Shown: in pieces, positions 24,943 to 37,957 of the stretch | Position numbering within the stretch: position 1 is the first letter of the stretch | Layout: each line of letters begins with the position of its first letter | Assembly (NCBI RefSeq): GCF_000400465.1 | Contig: NW_008806276.1 | Coordinates: 144,001 to 268,000 of the forward strand | Origin: Wallemia ichthyophaga EXF-994 | Lineage: Eukaryota > Fungi > Basidiomycota | Reading direction: 5' to 3' | DNA: 124,000 nucleotides | Position numbers and translations under genes: made by a program | Notes under the pieces: model-generated | Told to the model about the DNA's origin: nothing | What the model saw: only the letters and a program-made list of their open reading frames with translations | The model's database searches: none

Positions 24943-25585
24943 ATGTTGGATTACGGAGATGGCGGAGATGGCAGGCGCTATGGTCGCAACAGTAGAGATG
25001 ATCGTCGCAGCGATAAAGATGAACGGCATTGGCGGGCTGAAAGGGATATTAGGGATGGCAGGAGTCGCAGAGATGTTAGAGATGCGGACAGCAGGGGCGG
25101 CAGACGCAGGAGTAGATCTCCACGGCACAGACCGACTCGCGCAGAAACCAGCCACCACAAAGTAGGCGGTTTAGATCTACGCGACGGCTCGGCAGCAGAT
25201 CGTGAGCGTATGTTGAAACAGATCCAGTCCAAGGAAGCTGAAGAAGAGCGCAAGCGGGTTGAAGAAGAGCATAGAGCCATCGAGGAGGGCGAGAGAAAGG
25301 CCAAAGACGCAGAGCAGCGGAAACCAGAGGACCAAGAGGAGGAGGACGACGACGAGGTCGATCAAGATACCCTGGCAATGCAGCAGATGATGGGTTTCGG
25401 TGGTTTCGATTCAACCAAGGTGAGCAACGAGATTCACTGACTGAATAACACTCTCTTACAAATTAAAGGGCAAAAAGGTGTCTGGAAATGAGGAGGGCGC
25501 GGCTAAAGTACACCAGCCGCGTACTTATAGACAATACATGAATCGTGTAGGCGGGTTCAATAGAGCTCTCGATAAACCCAAGTGA
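24943..25585 (+). CDS. U4/U6.U5 tri-snRNP 27 kDa protein (SNRNP27/DUF1777)
   Basis: RS/RD-rich N-terminus; [25 protein letters not shown]. Confidence 0.88.
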
Positions 25586-25640
25586 TGGAGATTATACATA
25601 AGATTAATTGCACAGATTACGTCACTTTGTCAATATAGTC

Positions 25641-26370
25641 CTATGGAAATGCTCAAAGAGGTGCTGCTTCAATTTAGGCATGTTGGCGAATATCTTGCCG
25701 TTGTGGTGCGATTTTAGTGGGCTCTTTAACAGCTCTTGTTTGGCTCGGAGGGATTGTCGTAGTTGCTATGGCACCTGTTAGTTAGACTAGGTGCGTGTAC
25801 ACACTCACATCTTTTTTGCCTTCTTCGACAGCTTCAGTGACTTGGCCAAAGTCCACAAAGAAGCCTGTCGTGAATGAGTTGTAGTGTTTCTTGTTCTTCA
25901 ATCTATCTGACACCAAATCATTGCTAAAGACGTGCAAGTGGATGCTGTCCATCGATGGTACAGCGTGGAATCCTCTTCTGATTCCCCAGTGCGTTCCATA
26001 CTCACGCAGTTGTTCCTCTCGTATCGTTTCTTCTACGTCATTGTCGAACGCATCGAGCACTGCGTTGATCACGTCGTCAGGCTGCGAAAGAAGATGGTCA
26101 AGGGATCTGATGTTAAACGGCTGCCTGAGGAGAATGAGAAAGTGGTACTTGGCCTGCGATTGAGGTGAACAAGAGCGCGGATAGTGATTTGCTGAGTCAC
26201 CCACCTTTGGAAATCTGCTCTATTCATAAGCCACGTAAAGAAACCAAATGATTGGACACCCACTTATCATGAATAGTCACAGTCTTGTCGTCATACAAGA
26301 GTACCTCTGATTTGGGCAGAGACTCTGGGTCTTTGAGTGTATACTGCTTAAGCGCAAATGCAAATGACAT
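25641..26370 (-). CDS. HNT3: Aprataxin-like HIT protein
   Basis: GFHAVPSMDSIHLHV, KNKKHYNSF. Confidence 0.85.
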
Positions 26371-26516
26371 AGTTGAATAGACACGAGGTAATCACCAAAT
26401 CACACCACACCACTCTCACCACACAATTCAACTTTGAATGGTGATGGAAAGTGTAAAATTTGAAAGAATCAGCACCAAGCGCCCTTCATGTTATAAAAAG
26501 CTTTAAATAGACACAA

Positions 26517-27220
26517 TTAGTAACCGAACTCAGCGAGCTTAGCGTTTTGTGGAGCATCCTTGAAAGCGTTTGCACGGAGCTTGGTAGCAGCAGCCTTACG
26601 TTCGTGGTAAGCAGCACCCTTAGCCTGTGAGTGGGAATGAGTGGGTAGTTCAAATGATCAAAATAACCAATCAAACTAACCTTACGCTTAGCCTCGAGCT
26701 TGTCGACGACTTCAGCGTGTGCCCAACCGAATTCTGAGGACAAACGCTTGAGGGTACAGTACTTACGGCCTGGCTTGAGACGCAAGACACGAAGAGCTTG
26801 AGGAACAACCATTTTCTTCTTTGATTGGTAAAGTGGTGGGACACCCTCAAACACCTTGATACGTTGCATAGCAGCAGCACCCTTTGCGAGCTTGTGAGGA
26901 ATCATACCACGAACACTCTTCAAGAAGATACGGGAAGGAGCTCTGTGGTGGAATGGACCACCCTTGGAAGGCTTAACCAAGTGACGAAGACGCATGAACT
27001 TCATGTAGTCCAACTTCCTACGGAAGAAGCCACCAGACAGGTTGAGCTCCTCACAACGGACAACGACGACCTTGTTGCCGTTGAGCATGTGCTTAGCGAC
27101 GACACTGGCGAGTCTACCTGAGAAGCCTGGTGAGTCGTTTGGCCGCGGTTATTTAGCTTTCTCACCCATGAGGTGTCCCTTAGCGTCAATAATGACTGGT
27201 GCTGCTGTGTAAGTGGACAT
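26517..27220 (-). CDS. RPL16: 60S ribosomal protein uL13 (L16)
   Basis: [28 protein letters not shown]; two introns. Confidence 0.95.
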
Positions 27221-27659
27221 GGTTAGTGATGGATGCTCCAGGACAAGTTTGTAATTTTGCGAGCGAGTTTCTCAGATTTACGTGAAAAATAAAGATTTAT
27301 TCATATAAATATATGGCAGCGCTTTAAATACTCGGCTCACTCTCTTCTCCTTATACATGTAATTATTATTCCATTTTCATTGATCCTCGTATGCAGATTT
27401 GATTTGAGCTGGTTTGTGAATGGAATTTAGAGTTATGAAGAGATGATTAGTATTGTAGCACTCCTGAGATTACAATGAGTATACTTGTATACTTGTTATA
27501 CACTTTTTAGCCATTTTTGGTTGATGTGATCTTACGAAGAGTGAGCATCTTACACTGAATTTCTACCGCGAGTATATCTGATATACAAGCTCACCACTGA
27601 TTTACTCAATAATCCGCACATTTCCCTTCTTCTCGAACGACCATCATCTTCTTCAATAG

Positions 27660-29640
27660 ATGAGGGCGTTGCTACGGCCTTTAAGAGTGCATAGTGTGCT
27701 GCAAGTGAACAGGAGCTACCATATGACACAGAATCACATTAAATTATTAAAAAGATCATTCACGACGCAACGACCACTCTACGAGCAGCCCAAACGAAGC
27801 GATGAGAATGATCAATGGACACAGCACACACAGCATACGCAGCACACTCAAAACACCCAAAACACCCATGATAACAGGAAATACTCCCCTTTCTTTAGAT
27901 CACTGATGCACAATCTACCACACCCCCACACGCCGACAAAAGAAGAACTCCTCGGCTTGGCTAATGGCTTCTTCGAGAGACTACGCATACGCTGGAAATG
28001 GTGGACAATTAGAGGTTTCAGAAAGTTCAATGCAGACGACGTCAGCGCTTTCATTAGCTGGCTACTCGTCGGACACATATTTTGGATTTTGATTGGTACA
28101 ACGACTTTCTTCTCTGCTATCTTTGCCACTGCAAATAGTCTAAGATTGCAGAATTACATCGCAGGTGCTATTTCTGATTATCTCACTCAAGCTACTGGTG
28201 TGAGTGTACTTTATCCACCCATTACCACACCCCACTAATAATAAATTCAGGTTACTGTCGCTTTTGAGAGTGCTATTTTACCCAAATGGAAAGACAGCCG
28301 GATATCCTTTAAAAATGTTCATGTTTCTAGGCATTCTGGTGGAGAAACTCTACCGCCCGTTCAGCCAGATAGTGCGGCGGTGCGGCGAAAGATTATCTGG
28401 GATGATCACGCACACGTACACGACGAAGATCACGATCTCACATTAAAAATTGCACCACCACCTCCTCAAGAGACTTGGACTATGTTTGATATCAATCTCG
28501 ATTCTGTGGATGTTGAACTATCACTATGGCGGTGGTTGGATGGGAAGGGATTGGTGAAGGACGCCTCAATAAAAGGTATTCGTGGTGTCTTAGATCGAAG
28601 GGGTGTAAAATGGGACTATGACAATCCACTCGATCCAAAGGATTTTAGGCACCCTCATCATCCAGGAGACTTTGAACTTGAATCACTCACTATTGAAGAT
28701 TTACTGATTACAGTGTACCAACCAGAAGATTTCAGACCTTATAATATGAGTATATTTAGAGGAGAGATAGGAACATTCAGGAAACAGTGGTTATTCCACG
28801 ACTTGCTAGCTGCATATGCAATGACTGGTCAGTTTGACAATTCGCTTTTCAGTTTGCATAAACCACAATCGATAACACGCACACACAACGCCGATGTTGA
28901 TAGAGTGACGAGATTTAGAATAGATGGTGTTGCAGTGGATCATCTTCAGGCAGCGGCGGGAATGACAGGACCAACAGCCTGGATAACTCACGGAAAGATG
29001 GACGCTGTAGTTGATATCACCTTCCCATTCCAGCAGGATGAAGATCTATTCGATGCGATAATGGAGAGTATAAATAATCTAAATTCGGCCGTGCAAGATG
29101 GAGATAGTAGAATACCTGGACAAGCACAACTTACTAGACCAGCACTCAAGTCACCCGACCAGACTGAACAGCAGGATGAACCGGCGTTGAGTAAGGAGAG
29201 GGTAGCTGTTGATATAGATTTGAGGTTCAGGGATGTCAAAGCTAGTGTGCCATACTACACAAGTGATTTAACATATACAAACAATGCACTAGTGCGGCCA
29301 ATAGTTGCATTCATAAACTCAAACCGCACACTCATACCAATATTGTCACATGTCGAGTTGCTAATTGATGAGTTTGATGGGAGTTGGACTATGTGGGAGA
29401 GTGAGTTGGAGTATAAACGTTGGAGATTTCTGAATAGAATTGCTAACATAATCAATCATAGCTGGACTGATGAGCGCAGTAAGTGATCGTATATACGACG
29501 CACTCGCGCATCACGTCACATCGACAGAAGCGAATAACCAGCGAGTCAAGTATGTAACGTTGTGGAGTCTACAATTATCGGCGAAAGGAGCAATACAAAC
29601 GCTGAAGAATATCTTAGGACAATCGAAAGCATTGTTGTAG
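27660..29640 (+). CDS. MDM31: Mitochondrial distribution and morphology protein Mdm31/32
   Basis: RLRIRWKWWTIRGFRKFNADD, IRGIRGVLDRR. Confidence 0.88.
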
Positions 29641-29838
29641 CACTATTCATGTAATCATAGTCTTACGATGAGTTATGGAGCGAGGAGGGGAAAAAGAGGT
29701 TGAAATGAATGTAATATAGAACACTAATAACAGCCATACAAATCCCTCTTTGCGTCGCTCAAAAAATATTTTTTTTCGACAGAAAATATTCTCATTCAAA
29801 CGAAGGGAGGACAGCTTCCAGCTTAACAGCCAGCGACC

Positions 29839-30641
29839 ATGTCTGCAGTGAACCGCCAAGTCAGCAAGTGAGTGAGCTATTCAAACATCAGGGAATCTAA
29901 TTAACGATAAACTCAAAAAGATCCCGTAAGATCGTCCAAGACGGTGTTTTCCAAGCTGAATTGAGTGAATTCTTCACCCGTGAACTCAGTGAGGAAGGAT
30001 TCTCCGGATGTGAAGTACGTGTTACCCACGCTCGTACTGAGATTATCATCCGTGCCACCCACACACAAGAAGTTCTCGGTGAAAAGGGTCGCAGAATCCG
30101 TGAATTGACTGCACTCGTCCAAAAGAGATTCAAATTCCCTGAGAACTCTTTGGAATTATACGCTGAGAAGGTGCAAAACAGAGGTCTCTCAGCTGTCGCT
30201 CAATGTGAATCTTTGAGATACAAGCTCCTTGGTGGTCTCGCTGTTCGTCGTGCCTGTTACGGTGTTGTTAGATTCATCATGGAATCTGGTGCTAAGGGTT
30301 GCGAAGTCGTCGTCTCCGGTAAGCTTAGAGCTGCTAGAGCCAAAGCTATGAAGTTCACGGATGGTTTCATGATCCACTCTGGTCAACCTGTTAGAGACTT
30401 TGTCGATTACGCTGTTAGACACGTTCTCCTCAAGCAAGGTGTTTTGGGTCTCAAGGTTAAGATCATGAGACCACACGACCCAGAAGGCAGAGCTGGTTTC
30501 CCTAAGCCATTGCCTGACTCTGTCGTCATCGTCGAGCCAAAGGAGGAGCAACCAGTACAAGTTGTTTCTGAGAACAAGGCTAAGCCAAACGTTGAGTCAG
30601 CTTCTGCACCTGCTCAACAACAACAAGCTCAACAAGCTTAA
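29839..30641 (+). CDS. RPS3: 40S ribosomal protein uS3
   Basis: [33 protein letters not shown]. Confidence 0.97.
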
Positions 30642-30771
30642 CCTTTGTTCAAAAATACTTGTATTTCATTCACATAAGCTTATTTCATGACGGCGTGAGT
30701 GAAATTGAATTATCTGGTATGCTTTGTGTTTTCAATGTGTTTTCAATGTCTTCTCCTTTGGCTATACCACC

Positions 30772-32316
30772 ATGTCACTCACTGCTTTTGTTAACTTCCC
30801 CTCGGAATACACGCAAGCTGCTGTGATTAGAGGATTCAAGAAATATCTACCGGATGTTCTTCTTATTACAGATAAGCCTACGGAGAAGTTACAGATACAG
30901 TATGCAGATTGTATGTGTGGTAGTCGTCGATCTTCGCCGTAGCACACACTCACATCAAACAATCCAGACGACTTGATTGAATTCGATTGGCTGATGCAAG
31001 ATACAAGTAACTGTATTGGTTCTAGTTATTGTTTCCGCAAAGTCCGTTACCTGCTCAACTATGCATACACCCACTCATCCCCGCAAATCAGGCTCTTACG
31101 CGTAAAAACTTTCTTCATCAAACTATCGAGGCTTACTTGGCTAAGATGGAGCATAGACTGTCTGTAAATGCCGTCGATCGTTCCGAAGAAGCCAATGTGG
31201 ATTTATTGCGCAATGCGATGCCAAAATGCTGGACAATAGATGTCGCTCATTCGGAGGATCTTGATGAGGTGCTAATGGATGAGCTCTACGATCTTCGTGA
31301 AAAGTTGTCCCAAGAGGGCGATCATTGGTTCATTCTCAAGCCTGCAATGTAAGCAATCATTAATTCGCCTATTGTGATATTCAATTCTCACACAACTCTC
31401 AAGGGCTGATCGTGCCAATGGTATCAGGCTCTTCAACAGTGAAGACAGTCTTCGTGAAATTTTTGCAGAATTCGATAGTGATTCAGAAGATGAAGGGGAA
31501 GATGAAGATGACGATAACCACTCAGATGAATACTCTACTGCTGTGTCTACATCGCAGCTCAGACATTTCGTTATACAGGTGATTTTAATCAATCACTCTC
31601 TTCTGCTCACGCTGACTATCGACAAGGAATACTTATCGAACCCACTTCTAATAGATCCAACGGGAAACCAGCAGTCATTCCACAAGTTCCACTTGAGAGC
31701 TTATGTTTTGTGTGTCGTAGGTGATAATTTTGAACAAGTTGTGTCAGGTCGTTTTAACTTGAAAGTACTACAGGGAAGCATAAAAGTGTACATGCCAAAG
31801 TCTATCCTAGCATTATTTGCATCTCAGTCTTACAAAAATCCAGATGAAGATCAAAGCCTATTATCTCACCTCACAAACTCATGCTTACAGGGCTCGAATA
31901 TGGATAGGGATAAATTTGTGAAATCACTGCAAGAGCTAGAGGGGTGTTATACTAATAGTGGTACGCAAATTACGTCTGATCAGATAAACAGGTGGTTGGA
32001 TAGTGCATCCAAGGTAATCGGTCAGGCTGTCAAAGGTGCTGTTGAGTCTGCGTCAGTACACTTCCAGCCTCTGCCTAATGCATTTGAGATATACGGAGTT
32101 GATTTGTTGGTCACAGATAAGGATGAGGTCAAGCTGCTGGAATTCAACGGATGTCCTGATTTCGGACAGACTGGTGATAGGTTGGCATGGATAGTGGATT
32201 ATGTTGTTGATGCGTCGTTCGAGAGTGCTCTACTGGAACTTCTCGGTCGACAATCGGCGCATGATCATCAGGAAACTGTCAAATGTCTAGATTTTGAGTT
32301 TAAGAGAGGCTGGTGA
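30772..32316 (+). CDS. Tubulin-tyrosine-ligase-family ATP-grasp protein (Pby1-like), multi-exon
   Basis: WFILKPAM, KFHLRAYVL, FEIYGVDLLV, LLEFNGCPDF. Confidence 0.85.
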
Positions 32317-32582
32317 AAGTTGTAAAGACCAAATACATATCATAAACTATCAAATTGATTCAATTATCGGCGAAGATAGCTCAGACATTACAGAAGACAG
32401 CGAGGAGAAGGAGGACGGTGTAAAAGGAATAGAATATCCCGTATACTTCAAGACTTATTAAATTAATTCAAAAAGCGTCTGTAAAAATTAAAATTTGTAA
32501 AGTAAATTTTGGCCGCTGTTCCCATGGGCTCACTAGTTGTTGCTCACTTAAGTCTAAAGCTTAACACGTAAAAATATTGAAA

Positions 32583-33622
32583 ATGTTGGTAATTTTATTA
32601 AATAATTGGAACTCCCGGTGCTTATTTATCTAATTTAAAGGTCTGGAGGTGTTCGCTCTGTCAACCCATTCGCTCTTCTTTGTACGGATTTTCGTAGTCG
32701 AGGAATACCCATCTAACAAATACATACAGCAGAAGACGGTGACGCTCCACGTGCTTCAGCTCCTGCTCCAGCACCTGCAGCTGCCCCAGCACCAGCACCT
32801 GCTCAACAGCAAAAGCCACGTACTCAACAGAAGCCACGCACTCAAAAGGGTGGTAAGGACTCTGGCAGAGAAGACAATGAGCCATCAGAGCGTGGTATGT
32901 TTGGCATATTACTATAAAGCATAACACTCACAAAGCTTTCAGCCCCTCGTGGTGAGCGTGGTGCTAAGCGTACCCGTCCAGCCAAGACCCCAGGTAACGC
33001 AGGTGGTCAACGTAAAGGCCGCCAATTCGACCGTCAATCACAAACTGGTCGTACTGACTCCCAGAAGCAAAAGTCTTCTTGGGGTGGTGAAGACGGTCAA
33101 AAGGAGCTCGCAACTGAAGAAGCTGGCAAAAAGGATGCCACTACTGAAGGTGCTGAGACTGTTCCAGGCACTCCTGCTGAACCAAAGGAGCCAGAAGACT
33201 CAACCAAGACTTTAGACGAGTACCTCGCTGAGCGTGCTTCAAAGAAGCTTGACATTGGTGCTCCTCAAGTTCGTAAAGCCAACGAAGGCTCAGACACTGT
33301 CACCGGCGTTCAACTTCTCCGTAACTCAAACGAGGAAGAAAACTACTTTGTTGCTCCAAAGACTCAACCAAAGGAGCCAAAGGCAAAGTCACAAAAGTCT
33401 GGCAAGGTTCACATCGAGATTGATGGTCAATTCGCTAAGGCTGAGTCCGAGCGTAGACCAAGAAACACAAACGGTAGAGGTCCTCCTCGCGGTAAAGGCC
33501 GTGGTCCTGCACCTGCTGCTGCTGGCAAGCCTCGTGGTGGTCCAAAGGGTGGTAACCGTCAAAACGCTGCTGGTGCTAACGTCAACCTTAACGACGAGAA
33601 GGCTTTCCCAACTCTTGCTTAA
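32583..33622 (+). CDS. STM1: Stm1/HABP4-family ribosome/RNA-binding protein, multi-exon
   Basis: SVNPFALL start, GRQFDRQSQTGR, TLDEYLAE, LNDEKAFPTLA end. Confidence 0.8.
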
Positions 33623-33836
33623 GTTGATTTTAAAGTTTTCAAACTGGTCTTAAAGAGGTGTTTTCTCATATTTTGAGATGGTTTCTGTTCTTTATTAGCC
33701 CTAAATTCATTTCCATTCCTTACTCTGATTATTTTTGTGTCGTTTAATCAAGTTGTTTGCGTCGTGAATTATATAAGCTGTCATGTCCTCAAGGCTCCTA
33801 TAATATGATTCGATTCTATATGCTTATTTTACATGT

Positions 33837-34268
33837 CTATTCCTCCACCATTTCATATAGTACATGAATACGTTCACTGCATCCACTACAACCCAATAAC
33901 TCTGATCCACGCTCCAGATCATCTGCCGTAACAATATACTCATTTCCACATCTACACGGCAAGCTGAATGTCTCCTCATCCTCACTAACATCAAACTGAT
34001 CAAGCGATACCTGCGGATAAATCCTATTTACCACTGAATTCTCATCTTTATTTAATTTCTCATCATATTCTATCTTTTGCTGCTCATCTGATAGGCATTC
34101 GTATGCTTTATAAAGCTGTATGACTTGCTCATTCGATCCGCTGCGATCAGGATGTAACGACTTGACTTTGTGCAAATAACTCGATCGTATATCTGCCTGA
34201 GTCGCTTGCTTGCTTACTTCTAAAACCTCATAATAGGTTTGCACCATCGGTGATGCTGAGGAAGACAT
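33837..34268 (-). CDS. DPH4: Diphthamide biosynthesis J-domain/CSL zinc-finger protein
   Basis: HPD motif plus CRCG...CSGC. Confidence 0.88.
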   Translation of the reverse strand: MSSSASPMVQTYYEVLEVSKQATQADIRSSYLHKVKSLHPDRSGSNEQVIQLYKAYECLSDEQQKIEYDEKLNKDENSVVNRIYPQVSLDQFDVSEDEETFSLPCRCGNEYIVTADDLERGSELLGCSGCSERIHVLYEMVEE

Positions 34269-34292
34269 CAGCGGTCTTCTGCGGAAACAACG

Positions 34293-35704
34293 ATGGCTGC
34301 ATTTCAGCTACACAACAAGCAAAACAATTCAAACATCACTATCACTCCCGATGATAAAGGCCTATCAATATCCTCTCCTGAGGCATCCACTTTCCACGTT
34401 GATTACTGGAAAGTTGTCAATTGCTATATAGACGATGAGAAGGTCATATATCTTTCTGTTTTGTTGTCTGAACACAATAACGAACTAGTCGACTTTTACG
34501 GCATTGCAAACGACCTTGATCAAGGAAATGAAACGCTCATTCAAGACATACGCTCGAAATCCAAACTGAAAAGTGCACGCCGTTTGAAAGCACTCGTTAA
34601 TCCAGTAGGGGGTACAGGCAAAGCTGTCGACTATTATGTTGAGACAGTCGCACCAATTCTGAAGACCTCAGGCTGTATTGTTGACATGCAAGGTAAGTTT
34701 TGGGATTGCACACTCAACCAATACTTATCCAACAAACACAAGTCCTCGAATACAAAAGACATGCCTTCGATATAGCTAAGGCATTAGAGCTAGAATACGA
34801 TGCAGTTGTTTGCGTGAGCGGAGATGGAATACTGCATGAAGTCCTAAACGGTTTCTTACATCATCAAACACCCTCAGAAGCGTTCAAGATGCCGCTTTGT
34901 CCTGTCCCTGGTGGATCTGGAAACGGCATCAGCGTTTGTGTCTTGGGAGCTGAAGATGGTCTTGACTTGAGCATCGCTGCGCTCAATGCTGCAAAAGGCG
35001 ACGCAATCCCGCTCGATCTCTTCTCCATATGGCAGGATGGTAAACGCACACTCTCTTACCTCACACAAGCGGCCGGTTTGATGGCAAGCATAGACATAGG
35101 CACCGAAAATCTGAGATGGATGGGCGATACACGGTTCACTGTGGGGTATCTCCGCTCACTCTTTTGGAATGCACCATGTCCCTGCGAGATCTACATAAAG
35201 GTCAAAGAAGACAACAAGGACGAAATGATCAAACTTTTACACGAGAAAAGGCTGGAAAAGCCTTTCTCACTGCCTGAATACACCCAAATCCCTCCTGTCA
35301 CCTATAAAAATGGACCTCAACAAGACTGGATCAAGATAAGCGATGATGTGTTTTATCTCTACGCTGGTCAGGTACCTTGGGTTAGCAAGGACTTGAAGCA
35401 ATTTCCCGTTTCCATGCCAAACGACGGCTTTATAGATGTTGCCGTTCAGCTAAATGTCTCACGTATGCACAAATTGAAGGCTATGGATGGCGCCGAGCAT
35501 GGTGCTATGTTCTTCGACGATTCATTAAAGTACTACAAAGCAAAGGCATACCACTTTAACCCTCTAGATAACTCAGGCTACCTGGCTGCAGATGGTGAGC
35601 AAATACCTTTGCTGCCATTTACTGTTGAGGTTTTGCCATCGCTTGGACGTCTTATTTCTCCATTTACTTCTTGGAATAACAGCTTTCAAGAGGATAATTT
35701 GTAA
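34293..35704 (+). CDS. Sphingoid long-chain base kinase, copy 1
   Basis: VNPVGGTG, VSGDG, PGGSGNG DAGK-catalytic motifs. Confidence 0.88.
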
Positions 35705-36242
35705 TCTATTGATAAATCTTAAGTTGGTCGTGCAGATAGTGAAATTTTCGGTGTCTTGAATACATCAGACTTAAGTCAACATGCATTTTGTGCTCACAGA
35801 GTCGTTATGTTTGCCTCAGTAAAGATTAACTTGCATCAACAATATTATAATTCTCACTTGAACAAACTACTCTCAAAGGTGGACACAACGAAAGCAATTA
35901 TTACGACGAAACACTAAAATACAGCTTGATCACAATTGCCTTTATCATAGATTATGATACCCTGCTATGGAATGATATCACCGGAAACAGGGATATTTAA
36001 GCTGTCAAAATTAGTTTCTTCTATTTATGAATTATGTACTATAATAGTAAAACTTGTGTACAATTGTGAAACAATCTTATCAGCTACCAGGAATGTCTGA
36101 AATGCCAAGCGAGCACGCCAAAGGCAAGAAAACCCTTTAAAGGTGACGGCTATTGAAAGTTAAGAAATTGAAGCTATCAAAAGCCATTAAATATTTCAAT
36201 GGCTTTAAATAGGTTAAATATCCTTTGCGAGTATCCACCAAG

Positions 36243-37771
36243 ATGGGACTGATGGAATTAAAATTAGAGGATAAGGATAAGCAATCATCGAAGATTGTTG
36301 CAGAAGACACAAGGGTTGTCATCCGAACTCCAAAGGCCAACACTACGAAGAAGGCAAGCAGAAGTTGTAAAAGCTGTTTTAATAGAGGAAATTACGAGCC
36401 GATTGACTCAGTTGTGGGACATGAGACTCACCTCACCTATTACAGAATTGTCAGTTGCAGCATCAACATCGAAGGCTATGTGCACCTATCAGTCGTGTCT
36501 TCTCAACATGACAACAAGCTCATGAGCTTTGAGGGGAATCCATTGAATATGTCAATTGAGCAGGCGAGAGATTTCTTGCACGGATTGCGCGTTAAGGCTG
36601 GTGAGTTTGTCGCTGCCTTGTGTTGCCATGCTAATTAATAAAGGCATCCCTCGAGCAAGGAAGTTGAAGGTATTGGTCAATCCTGTAGGAGGCCAAGGAA
36701 ATGCAATCAGGTATTACAATGAAAGAGTCTTCCCTATTTTGAGATCATCTGGATGCACAGTAGATTTGCAAAGTAAGTTTATCAGATACTCATTCCGTTT
36801 CCTTCTAATAATCAAAAGTGCTGGAATACAAGTTACATGCTTTTGACATTGCTAAAGAAATGGATCTCTCTTATGACGCCATAGTCTGTGTTAGTGGAGA
36901 TGGTGCTGTACACGAAGTGCTAAACGGGTTCTTACACCACCAAAACCCAATCAAGGCAATACAAACACCACTTTGTCCAATCCCTGCTGGTTCTGGCAAC
37001 AGTCTGAGCTTGTGCTTGTTAGGTTTGGAGGAAGGGTTTGACATCAGCTTGGCAACACTCAACGCAATCAAAGGCCACGCCATGCCCTTGGATTTGTTCT
37101 CAATTATGCAAGGCAACAAGCGCACATTATCGTATCTCACTCAAGCCACTGGTTTAATGGCAGATTTAGATATCGGTACTGAGGATATGAGATGGCTGGG
37201 CGATACACGATTCGTAATTGGTTACGTGCGCTCTCTTGTCAGAAATGCGCCATGCCCCTGCGAAATCTACATCAAGGTAGAGCACGATGACAAAAATCAA
37301 ATGGTCAATTGGGTACGCGAAAGACATTTGGACACACCGGTTCCTGTACCTCAGTATACGGGAAGTGAGTTACCAAAAGTACAGTATCCAAATGGTCCTG
37401 AATTTGATTGGGAAAAGGTCTCCGATGACATCTCCTACCTATATGCTGGACAGGTGCCCTGGGTTAGCAGGGACTTGAAACAATTTCCCGTTTCCATGCC
37501 AAACGACGGCTTCATAGATGTTGCCGTTCAGCTGAATGTCTCACGTATGCAAAAGATAAAGGCTATGGATGGTGCCGAGAACGGTGCTATGTTCTTTGAC
37601 GATTCATTAAAGTACTACAAAGCTAAAGCTTATCACTTCAAACCATTACAAACCGATGGATATATCTCAATCGACGGAGAAAGTGCACCAATCCTGCCAT
37701 TCACAGTAGAAATAATGCCCAGCTTAGCAAGAGTATTATCCCCATATTATACCTGGAACAACCAATTTTAA
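36243..37771 (+). CDS. Sphingoid long-chain base kinase, copy 2 (tandem paralog)
   Basis: VNPVGGQG, VSGDG, PAGSGN; same intron layout as copy 1. Confidence 0.88.
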
Positions 37772-37957
37772 AACAGACAAGGACGATTAGAATCAAGAAC
37801 AATTTCGTGTAATTTTTTGACAACAAATTAAGCATTAAAAGTAAGTTGTGTGATCGGCATAAGTGATAAATAAAAATGAGTCATTGAAATCATAAGAAGC
37901 GAGTGAAATGATTGAGTAAAATGGGTAGAAAGAAGTGATTAGATTGAGCGATGTAAG

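Noticed and set aside
27420-27600. Possible C/D box snoRNA(s) between RPL16 and MDM31 (ATGATT...CTGA motifs)
   Set aside because: C boxes are imperfect and I could not match any guide to rRNA. An Rfam or snoscan run would be needed.
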